A stretch of DNA of 64,000 bases. It comes from Bugula neritina (lineage: Eukaryota; Animalia; Bryozoa). The stretch spans positions 25,171,504 through 25,235,503 of the forward strand of contig OZ037765.1 of the NCBI GenBank assembly GCA_964035545.1. Reading direction: 5' to 3'. The notes beneath the pieces were generated by a model, which was given only the letters and a program-made list of their open reading frames with translations, searched no databases and was not told the DNA's origin. The translations under genes and the position numbers were made by a program. Every line of letters begins with the position of its first letter. Positions within the stretch are counted from its first letter, which is position 1. Below, piece by piece: positions 50,201 to 62,000 of this stretch.

Positions 50201-52961
50201 TGCTGTATATATAATTACTAGATATGCACAGTGCAGGTAACTATACTATCAGTTATGTAATGCAATATTGTACGAATCTTGGAAAAGGAATTTCTTGAAT
50301 GGTTTGTTTAAAAAGGCCATATTTTTTGCAACTTATCTATTATATTCTCTTTCCAACAAGCTGTCCAAAACCAACTTTAGCACAGATTTCATGCCAGAGT
50401 GTAAAAGTTTCACAACAGATTATTTTTAATAGATTTGGCAGCAGAAGTAGAGGACACTAATTACTGTGTGAGGAAACCAATAAGAATACCACTGCATCTA
50501 TATTCTTGATATGAGGCATATTATCAACTTCTTAAAATATCAGTATTACAAATCTTATAGAAGATTGAATATGTTTTGAAATGATAATCTGAGTCTGAAA
50601 AATACGAATATCTAACAGCTATGAAAAAACAGAAGGTCATCCAAAACTAAAATTTGAGTCAGAACTAGCAAGCTCTTATTGGCTGAATTTTCAGGAAAAA
50701 TAAACTGCCATTTTTCCAAATACTGGTTCATAAGCAATTGTTAGATTAAGTATTACTACAAATAATACAAAAGTATTACTACAGGAAAGTGACTAGCTAA
50801 CATGAAGTTACATATTTTTAAAGTAATCACAGCATATTTTGCCCTGGTATATCTGAAGTGAGTTTATTTGATGATGCCAAGAGTGGTAGTCAATAAAATT
50901 AAACAATCTCTTCAATACAACAATAAATATAGCATAAGTGTGGAGTTATACTTGTAAGATAAGATTCAAAGACCAAGTGATAAGCATGGAGTATAGCCTA
51001 AAAACTAGTAGTTGATTGTGGTTATATTACTCTATTTTCATTACAAATAGCAATAGTTGTTATAACTATTAATATGTAGGATCATTAATAATTACAGATG
51101 TATAAAAAGTTAGACTCTTCTCAATACTTGCAGCGGACTGGCATCTATACTAAACACTCTATTACTACTAGCCTTAGCCTACGGCTGAAAATCTGTATAA
51201 AAACCACCCACCTCTAATAATTACAGCAATCCACCAGTTCAATTTATTTTTGTGTATGGAATATAGCTTTTCATAGAGTATTACTAAAAGTGTAACTATG
51301 CTCATGGTTATTAATCGTTTTAAATTAAAATTAACTACAATGTTTTAACGCATCACTTGGTAATATAGTTTCAGGTTGTAAGTTCCGGTGAAAAAATGAT
51401 AATGAACAGTTGCCAGTATTATTTGAGTAAATTTACAATGTTTCTTACTTCTAACACTTGACCTCTGCCTACCAAGGCAGCAACACTAAACTAGGTTTGG
51501 TTGAAATTCAGGTGGGAAACTGTCATCGAATCAGTGCTGCAACCCAATCACTAGTAGAAATAGCTTTAATAAGATCAACTACGACCTTAGTCTGTGTAAC
51601 AAAGTTCAAAGCTCATATTAATTATTTACCACATATTGTAACCATGAAACTCACAGTAATAATCCCATCTTAGTGTCACTCTTACTGCTGGTAAAGGTAA
51701 TGATAATTTTATCACCATCATTGTCATAATAATACTATAACCAGTCATACTAATACCTCATAAATTAACTCAATCATTCATATCAATTTATTATGCAGAA
51801 TTCCCCAAAGTTCCTAATTCTGAGGTACTTTTTAGGGCTTCAAGAAATGCTGGAAATAACTTAGAGGCAACAAAACATCTTCAATCACCTTTGTAAGATT
51901 CTAGTAATTAGTCTGCTTATGCTAAGTCTAGTGTTTTAGAATCACTATCAGTATAAGTATTAGTAAAAATATGGATAATATCAAGTCTAATATTAATACT
52001 AATTCTTATACCATTAAATAATTAATACCATTATACTAATATTTATCGCCTATCGGTATGCTTTTACTTGCAGTACTAATAGTGTCACAAGTAATTATTA
52101 TAATGATGATCAATCTACAGTTAATGTTATCATCCGTATTATAAATATAATCATAATCATTATCCAATTCAATCATTACGAATATGACAACTTGAACTGA
52201 GAGTAAGAGTAAGACTATAAGAATAAACAAATTATTATCATTAATAATTATTTTTATTATCACATATATTGATTAGGATATGATTTGGTTATGATACAAG
52301 TATAAACAAGTCTAATAGTAACACTAATACTAATAGTTATAGACTATACTAACAGTAACTAAGTCGGCAATAATACCAATAATGTTTATTTTTATGATAA
52401 TAATAATCATAATGAGTATCAAAATGATAATTATAATCACTCAATAATGTTTAACGATATAATCATTATCATTATGATTATTATATCAAATTCAACATCA
52501 ATATGACTATCACTATGTCAATTTTATTGTTTATTTGTTATACTTTAAGTTTTAGTTTAACTTATTATCCGATAGTTATACATAATTACTAATTAGTAAT
52601 CTTATAGTTATACTTTTTGTTACATTTAGTCTTAGTGATAGTCAGTTACTAATTGAGTTAGACTTAGAGTTAGTGACTTAGTGTTACACTTACTGTAACT
52701 GTTACTGTTAGTGTTAGCGATACTGATAGTATAAGTATTGGTTAAACTCCACAAATAAAACTATTGCAGTATCACTATCACTATTAGTATTATACTTAGA
52801 GTTAGTATTACATTTACTGTGACTGTCAGTAACTGTAAGTGTAACTGTAAGCCTTTATTTTTAAATTTACCTTTATGATTTGGCGACACTATAACTTGAT
52901 CTCCATTTGCATTAACCTGCGTTATAATAGAAGCAGGCGGAGCAGAGTTAGTAGTATCCAT
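41232..52961 (-). CDS. CTDSPL: CTD small phosphatase (SCP/CTDSP family, FCP1-homology HAD phosphatase), 9 coding exons, 303 aa
   Basis: Exons 5'->3': 52961-52871, 49269-49121, 48155-48057, 46999-46895, 45666-45610, 44403-44311, 43790-43692, 43084-42998, 41363-41232 (912 nt). N-terminal IITQV, LFCCF di-cysteine, catalytic DLDETLVHS, then [60 protein letters not shown]. Co-orthologous to CTDSP1/2/L. Confidence 0.96.
41968..42118. repeat. Degenerate (CCTA)n microsatellite
   Basis: Directly visible. Confidence 0.9.
44455..44815. repeat. 20/22-bp minisatellite (gttagtgtagttagtactgt), ~17 copies
   Basis: Directly visible; begins ~50 nt from a CTDSP acceptor. Confidence 0.97.
46488..46880. repeat. 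Compound (acacag/acacaa/gtacac) tandem repeat
   Basis: Directly visible; source of the Cys/Val-rich and Thr/Gln/His-rich ORFs at 46397-47107. Confidence 0.97.
48715..48875. repeat. Degenerate trinucleotide (gta/gtg/gca) tract
   Basis: Directly visible; explains ORF 48679-48885. Confidence 0.75.
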
Positions 52962-53084
52962 TAGACAGATAACATGTGCTTGTAAAAAACCAAAACAAAA
53001 CAAAAAACAATGCAATACTGATTCTCAGTTGCCTGCCGAAGTTCCAATCTGAATGTCAATCGCGATGTTTGTTTTTATTTTACC

Positions 53085-53460
53085 TTAACAAGCAACAACT
53101 ACAAGGTGAAGGTCCAGAATCGGGACGATACTTAACCAAAATGGAGGTGGTATTTTAGCCTTTGTACCGGTATGTACGAATGCAAACAATGTCCAATCAT
53201 CGCCTCATATTGTCAACATTAAAAATAATATATTTGATTTTTCGACTACGATATAAAATGTGATTCGATAGGTTGTTTCATATTTTATATTAGTATTAAC
53301 GTCGCTTCATAAGTAGAAAAACTATTGTTGAAATAGCGAAATACAAACAGCTTAATTTTGAGGAAAATCTACCAAATTAGGAAAGATGTGATAGGTCTTT
53401 AGGCTACACGGAAGCACGGCATTGTGGGAAACAAGGCTTTACTTCCTAGGATCGGTATCG
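53085..53460. promoter_or_regulatory. Putative bidirectional promoter region between CTDSP (-) and CAP (+)
   Basis: Divergent gene pair; CpG-enriched patch; candidate UTR-exon donors at ~53084 (-, aag|gtaaaa) and ~53454 (+, tcg|gtatcg); ETS-like cggaag near 53409. The CAP ATG exon is preceded by an acceptor at 56526. Confidence 0.45.
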
Positions 53461-53798
53461 GCTTTAATGTAGAAAGAACCGTCTATCTTTCACTTTATAT
53501 TTTACTTTCAAAGCTCAGTTTTTTACAGTTAAAGAAACTAACCTACTAAAAGTTCAGACCAAATTATAATGATAGATAGCTATCAATTTAAAAATGTTGT
53601 AGTTGTTATGGCCATTGCTATCACTACGGTCTATAGATTATAAAGATTAGACTTACTTTAAGTTTAAGTTTAAGTTAAACTTAATATAAATATTAATATA
53701 TTTATAACTATTAGTATTACTAATAATACTATAACTATAACTACTTATACTTATAAGTATAACTAATACACTACAAGTATTACTATAAGTATGATTAA

Positions 53799-53989
53799 TA
53801 TTATTAAGTATAAGTATAACTATTAGTATTAGACCTAGTAAATGTAATACTAATACTACTAGTTTTATTATTAGTTCACTACATATTTAGTATTATACTA
53901 AATATGTAGTGAACTAATAATAAAACTAGTAGTATTACATTTACTAAGTCTAATACTAATAGTTATACTTATAGTTATACTTAATAATA
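53799..53989. repeat. AT-rich long palindrome (43-bp perfect arms, 1-nt spacer, ~190 bp total)
   Basis: 53851-53893 is the exact reverse complement of 53895-53937; outer arms continue with one mismatch and small indels. Confidence 0.93.
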
Positions 53990-56542
53990 ATATAGGTATA
54001 TCATTATCAATATGCATACTGATACTAATACTAATAGTAATACTAATAGTAATAGTATTACTATTACAGTATTAGTATTACTATTACTAGTTATTTTACT
54101 ACTCTTGGTTAATAATTATTGAAATTATAATCATAATCATTGATAATGGTTGTTTTAGTTTTTATATTTGAATTTACCATTATGATTATCTATTTTTTAT
54201 TATGAATAATAATATTATGTTTATCTGAAAATCAAAAATAAATAAACGAGAAAGTTGTATAACTCATAAGATCAAGATGAATGTCAAGGTGGATACTCAT
54301 ACAGTGGTGTTCGAATTATTACTATTGGTTTACTTTGATAAATAAAGTATAGTACCTAGTGAAAAACACTAAACAAAGAAAATGTTTCACTTCCTCGTTT
54401 ACTTATTTTTAATGAAATTGTTAGCTCGTAAGAATATATAAATAATAATATCACTATCAGTTTTTTGAAATTATGAGATTTTAATTCTGTTATGAAATAG
54501 TGTCTGAAGTAAACTGCAAACCATTGTTTATGTTGTAAAAACTGGATTTCAAAATATCCCATCAGGCTGAAAGTTTCATTACGAAAGTTACTACAACAAG
54601 CTTATTGAAAAATATCGAACTTGCAGTCATAATTTTTTTAATTCACTTCATTAAATAACTGAACCCTTGACGGTTATCATCAAGATTTGTATGTGCTTCC
54701 TGTAGTAAATTTCATTAAGTTATTTTGTTGCTAATTAATTGGAGGCTATCGCTTTGTCGCAGGGTCTAAAACTTTGCCAATGAATCTTATAGCTAAGATA
54801 GTGTAGAAAGTAACCAAGTTCATTACATGCAGTGCTTGTTAAATGCTGTGGTGTTTCAAGTCATGGTTTAAGCAAGACTGTCAAATTTATTTCTTACATG
54901 AATTTATTTAAATTTTAAGTTTAAATTGACAGTTGTTAGAAATAGCTCAGATCACTTTATGTGCAAGTATTTAAAACAAGTCTAGATTATTTTTGGTTAA
55001 ATACATAAATGAATCAGTAGATTCACTCATAAAAATTATATTTATAGTTTTTTTATAGCCATGTTAAATTTATTTTATCTATACAAGGTATTTGAAGCTA
55101 AATATTTTGTAGGAGTTTAAAGATTGCCATGTGCCTACTCAAGTTACTATTTGCTTTTTTCATGGTAGTGCTATGCTTGTATATGTTTTATTACACCATT
55201 GTAATAAATTTAATTCTAAAACTTTTAAAATTTAATGTTAGGAACTTGATTTTTTTGTAAAACAAGCTGTTGCAATAGGTTATGTGTCACTTGCTTTTTA
55301 TTGTAGTTTATTTAGTTTAGTTTTAATGAATTAATGTTCCTAAGTAACAAAAACACAAAACTAAAATTCTTTTAGACTGTTAAGAAAATCTAAGTAAATA
55401 TAGGTTTTGTGGACTCTTGTTTTCAATTAACCTACCTGTTGCACAGTTTACCATTTGAGTTGAAGTGAAAATGAAAACTTTTTTTGAAAAAATATGAAAA
55501 ATATGACATCATGCAGAAATCTGAGGTTACGAGATAAAAGTAGTTTTTGGATGCTGAATTCCAAAATGCCATTTTTTTGCTGTGGGCGCTTCAATTTATC
55601 CTTTGGCTTTTCTGCAATCTGCAATCAAAAAATAATGAAGCTTAAATAACTTTATTTGAACAACCAAAGCATAGTCTAATTAAGAACTCCAAATTTAGAA
55701 ACTACGCATTATTTTATGAATTTGAAAGCTAATTTAATTGAATTATTGGTTCTTTTTCAAAGATTATTATGATTCAATATTATACATATTATTATGATAT
55801 AAAGCTTGCGGCTAATTTCAGTATATTGACACTTTAATATGACTGATAACTGTAAAAGCTAACACCAACCCAACATCAATGGCAATGCGTAGGTTGATGA
55901 CACTTATTGAAGTTATATTTGTAATTGGTAGTTATCTTTCTATTGTACCGGGGATTGTCTCTTTTATAGCTCTGTTGCTACAGTAACAAGTTATAAAAAA
56001 TCTTACCCTCAATGACACTAATTTTTACATGTGCCCAGCCAGGTTTTTTATATTAGTTTCCTTTTTTGTCAAACTAACTTTAATAAAATAAAAATATTGA
56101 ATATCAGTTGCATAGTTTTTGAGTTAAAATTAAAACAGCTAAAAGAGTTGTCTTTCCCTAAATTGTTTCCCGCTATGTTTGCCACGCCCTGCTAAGTCAT
56201 ATATTAGGACTTTTGATATCAATTATATAATAACTAACATCTATAGCCTAACTCGTATGATATGCAAACACTATAGCATTAGTCTGTGTATTTGTAAACA
56301 CTTGATCACAGCTCAATATCTGAATAACTGCCAATCAGTGCAGTCAGATTATGAGGTCATTTGAGCAGCTGATATACTTGATAGAACTTTCACAATCCGG
56401 GCTTCATTCTGATAGCATGTGTTTTAGCAACAAGACAGTGATGTTTCTCTTTCATGGGTTGCAATCAGCTGAAGACGTATAATAAGTCACTACAATGGCA
56501 CTGACTTGTTTGCTCTGCTGTTTCAGATCTGCAACCAAAACC

Positions 56543-58975
56543 ATGTCTGGTGAAGAACTTTCAAAGCTTATCGATAGATTGGAGAAGGTTACTTCTCGGC
56601 TGGAGCAATGCTCAACATCTGGCAAGGCTGCGGCTTCTTCTCCATTTACTGGTAACTTATTGCTTTTATGATGTTTTTAATTTTAATATGGCCTCTCATA
56701 TAATGCTGGTTATTTTTCGTGATAGATTCTAATCCATTATCGTTATTGTAATATTACCTGGATTTTCTCTGATCACACAATGTTTGTAGAAGAAGAATCC
56801 TTGTTTGTCAAAGAATTTGATGTGATTCTAAGTGGACCTTTGGCAGAGTTTCTGGCAGCCAGTGGAAAGATTGGAGGGCTTGTTAACGAGCAGGTAAGAA
56901 CTTTGGTACTGTATAATTTGTAGTTATCAGAATAAATGTAATATTATTACAAATTTGATCATATATATTCTTCAGGCATATTGTAAATGCATTGAATATT
57001 GAAGGGGCGTGTCCTTTTAGATTTGTGGTTTTAAGATGAATTGTATGCTTTAAAGTTTAAACCAATGGCTTTCTCTGCCATAATAAACATACAGTAATAA
57101 TTATTAGTTTCAAACATTTTAAAATAAATTTCCTTGTCAAAGGTGTATACTTGATGTATAGTTTTGCATAATTTTCTCTTAAGCACAATCTAATATTGTT
57201 TTTGTTTACTAAAATTTGAGTTTGCTGGTTGGTCGTTTGTTTTCTGTCAACAGTTTCTCTTTATCCTCTTTATCTAGGATTTCATACACAGATCAACAAA
57301 CTTTATGTCATATATATAGACATCTTGTTACCTTATATAGGCATCTCTTCTCGAGAAAGCAATGAAGGCTCAAAGATCGTATATAAATACAGCATCGAAA
57401 AGTAAAAAACCTACATCGCAGGTATTGTTATATTGTTAAATGGTTAAAAGGTAAAATGTGTAAAACAAAGTTTCATACTACATTTTCATATGCAAGACAT
57501 GTTGTATCATTTACACATTGGCTCAGTTGGACAAATTGTAACATTTAAACTTAACATGGCAATGTAATCGAGTCCCAAAAATCGGTTGCTTATTTATAAT
57601 GTGTGTTAATTTGTGGTGAATCTCTTCTATTTGCTTTTTGTATTCAGATTTATTTATGCTGTTTTGTAGGAAGCTATACAAAAGTTGATGCAGCCCATGG
57701 CTACACAAATTACAGCTATAATGGTGACTATGGTTTCATAGCTTTATAATAATTATCAACCAAACATAATGTAATAGATATTAGTAATATCTGCATATTT
57801 GATCAATTTCTATAACAGATATTTCATGGCTGAGTTTCCCAGTTATTTGTGGTGTTAGGAAAAGAATTCAGCCGCCTGGCTTCTTGTTACTCTGGCACTA
57901 TGAGTCATGTTGCCAGCATGGCTTGGTGCAGTAGCAGGTCTATAGATGCCTCGCATAAAGTTGTCACCAGTTCCGGTATCATACAGTTATGGGGTCAAAT
58001 ATTTTGAGAAAATGTCTTTAAAATCCTCAAATTGTTGGTGTAAAACTCACCAACAACCAGTATTGAAGTAATCTAAGGAAGTGTGTTACACAGTATTATA
58101 TCCTTGCCTAGCTGAAATTTGGTTATCTTACTCTGATTGACATAATTTACATAAAATAAAGGCTTCTTGTTAAATTTGAGATCATCACAACTGCCAACTT
58201 GTCAATTGCGAGATTTGATGGCGAGTGTTTTCTGTGTTTCATCAAGTGTTGTCCAAACTGAAACCATGTCAATGTAATTTATGCTTGCAGGACTTGAAGG
58301 AGAAAAACAGAAAAAGCAATCTGTTCAATCACCTTTCTGCTTTAGCTGAAGGTGTAGCTGCCCTGGGCTGGGTGGGCGTTGTAAGTACAGTTATTAGTAG
58401 CTTGCTGTAATATATTTTCGGTACTGTTTTTGTATTTGTGATGTGAATGACAGTAAGCATATTATTTTATATATGTTACATTATATATATATTATTTACA
58501 CTTATGCAAGTTTGCATAGTTTATGCTACAATTTCGAGTCGACTTTAGGAACCAACGCCAGTGCCTTTTATCAGAGATATGGCTGATGCCGGCATGTTCT
58601 ATGTGAACAGGGTGCTCAAGGAGTTTAAAGATAAGTAAGTTTACTGCTATCTTTTTATCATTTAATTGTCTAGATTAATCTGCTTCATCTGTTAATACAG
58701 TTGAACTGTTGACTTTTTGTAGCTGTTGAGCAGCATTTTATTTTTAAATTTAGCTGCTTTATACCAGCAGTTAAATATGAATCATCTCCCAGTTTTATTC
58801 ACTTGTTTTTTGTATTTTGTAGGGGAGCAGAGCACGTGCAATGGACCAAAGCTATCCAGTCATTGTGGAAGGACCTGTCTGCATATGTTAAACAACATCA
58901 TCTCACTGGACTCACCTGGAATCCATCAGTACGAAGTCTATCTTTTCACCTGTTACCTCTTGCAGCTTTTATCTG

Positions 58976-59055
<80 letters not shown>

Positions 59056-62000
59056 CTAAGGGTATAGTAAAGTTAGCTTATTTTATGCTTATAAGGATTA
59101 CGATTTAGAGATCAAGATTTAATTTTATATAATGATAAGTTGTCTGCACAGTACTCAGTCTTATGGATGTTCATCTAAACGGAGAGTTAAGAAACATTAA
59201 GTTGGTTGTACATTTATTCAGTTAAAACTGTGTTCCACCTCTAACTACCAGTTCATCTGTTACAGGGTGGAGATGCTTTAACTGTAGCTGCTAGTCAGTC
59301 ATCAGCCGTACCTCCTCCACCTGGCCCTCCACCACCTCCAGGCCCTCCCCCTCCTGGCCCACCACCCTCTGCAGCCTCCAGTAAGCCAGCCACAGACACC
59401 GGTGCTTTGTTTGCTGATCTCAACAAAGGCTCTGCAGTCACTAGTGGTGAGATGCGAATTAATATGTCTATAATATATGCATGCATGTTGTACACTATAG
59501 ATTGTGTTAGATAGGTGCAGAATAGTTACAGAGCTTCTTCTCTATTCTTAGCTTCTCACAGGGGAAACCTTTTAACTGAATAATCATCTAGATAAAGCTA
59601 TCACTTTTGAATTTGTATAAAAAGAATAGTCTAAATATTGCTGGAAGATTAAATCAAATTATTCCATTCCTTTGAATACAACAGAGAAACAGTCTCTCAG
59701 ATATTGCATTTTTTTTCCTTCAACTAAATATCAACAAATAGCCAACGTTCATACAACTATTAGTACTAACTGGGCTTTTGTGTGATTTGGATTACTTTTC
59801 TCCACAAGCCTGTAGTGGATTGAATATTGGGTTAACTTGAGACACCTCAGAGTTTGTTTCTGAGTGGCAGTCTACTTGCAGGCTTGAGAAAAGTTACCGA
59901 TGACATGAAGACACACAAAAACCCAGGTATGGAATGAAGACCATATCTGCATCTGGCGCTGCGTCTAGCATGTCTGCTTTGTAGTTTAACTTTACTAAGT
60001 TATTATTTCATATTAATCTTTTTTAGACTCCAATCCCAGTATAAAGCATTAATGTGTTGTCACTGCACCAATGCATTTTTGTAGAATTGCACAGCAACAT
60101 AACCACACTAATTAATCATTACTTTTTCTTTTTGGATCTTGAATTACTAATGAATGCCTGTAGCAGCTGTAATATGTAATCTTGATGCTCATTAGAGAGA
60201 AGCTGCGTTTAAGTCATTAGACATCCTGATGTTGACTCAGAGTATGCTAATTATCACACTTTACTCTATTCAGTGCACAAGAGTTTACAGTAATGACACT
60301 CCAGGATGTGACCAATAGTTGGACAGATCTGTTAACCTTACCATTTCTATATACTTGTTTAGGTGTTTGTGCATAAAGCTAAACAACTATTTAGCTCAAT
60401 AAAATAGTGTAAAGTTAACTGCTTTTTTATGATGTTTTTTTAGGAGTTGTCTTTTTGTTTGACATTTCCAAAAGCGTTCAAATTTATAAAATCGAAGAAG
60501 ATAAATTATGCAACTAAAATATGTTTCATAAAACAATAAATAATTGCTAATTTGAAGTTTTAGATACCTCTGTGTATTTCTTTTTTACACTGACATGTTT
60601 TAAATATCAGTATTGGTTATGTTTGATCATATTGAGAAGCTGCTCAAAGCCAATTTTCATTTAAGTATGTTCAAAAGTATTGAATATTTATAATGTACTT
60701 TATAATTGCATCTTTGTAAGAGGGGACAATTCCTATTTTTGAATTTTTGGAAAAGCTGATAATTGACTTGTTTTATTGAAAACTGATTGTATGTTAGGAT
60801 TGAAGAAAGTGACTGATGATATGAAGACCCACAAGAACCCAGCTCTAAGATCTGGTCCAGCTCCTTTCAAGCCCCCTACTGCTGCCAAGCCGGTAGCTGC
60901 AGCTAAACCAGCCGCTGTCTCTAAGCCAGTGTCTAAACCACCATTGGTTGAGTTGCAAGGGAAAAAGTGGGTTGTGGTGAGTTACTCTACTTCATTCAAC
61001 ATATTGCTGGGAGGTAGGTGCAGTAATGGAGAAATTGAGAAAAGCCCGTGTTCTAGATTAGAACTGTAGCAAAAGAAGTTGTGTTCTCACAAAAATTTTA
61101 ACCTGTGCCCCAAACTAATATTCAATTAAAAAATAAAAAAAACTTTGGTTATCTCAATTTCTCCTTTACTGCTTCTAAATGGTAGAGTGTTGGCACAGAG
61201 TGTTGCTGGGTAGAGTGTTAACATTTTAGTATGATTTACAATGTCTATCGAAATTCATTACAGTGCTGTAATATTTTAGTAACTTCTGTTATAACTGCTA
61301 AAATCAAGAATTTGTTATACTAGAATGCCAATAATATTTTCTTGGGAGCTTCAAATTGAAATATATTTAAATAATTTTTAAACATAGAAATATGGCATTT
61401 TATTCAGCTTCTAAAATTATATTTTTACAAGTTTATATGAAGTTATTAGGTTTTTATACAACTCCAGTTGTATGAACTAAAAAAGAGAACATACTTTACA
61501 TTGTCTTGTAAACTGCTACACTAATGTAACCAGGTAAAATGGTTCATAATTAATGGCATTTAATGCTTTAAATTGGCTTTACTTTTTGATGCAATATTTT
61601 GCATGCATTGTTTGCATAAATGAAAGCAAGTAGATAAACTCATACTCTCCTCGTATATGCTACTATGAGATTCATTTAATACTGTGTTTGCTTTTCTAGG
61701 AGTATCTCACTGATAACACTAGCACAGTTATAGACGACACTAATAACAAGCAAACTGTATACATTTATAAATGCGTTAATTCAACCATTCAAGTGAAGGG
61801 GAAGATTAATTCCATTATTCTTGACAACTGCAAGAAGACGGCTGTGGTTTTTGAAGATGCCATTTCTATGGTGGAATTTGTCAACTGCCAGAGTGTGAAA
61901 TGTCAGGTCAGAAAAGTTGAAGCACTTTTGTTTAAACTGTTATCTGATGTTAGCATGTAGTCATTTGTTTACTAAAACTAATCAATTTTTATGGAGAATG

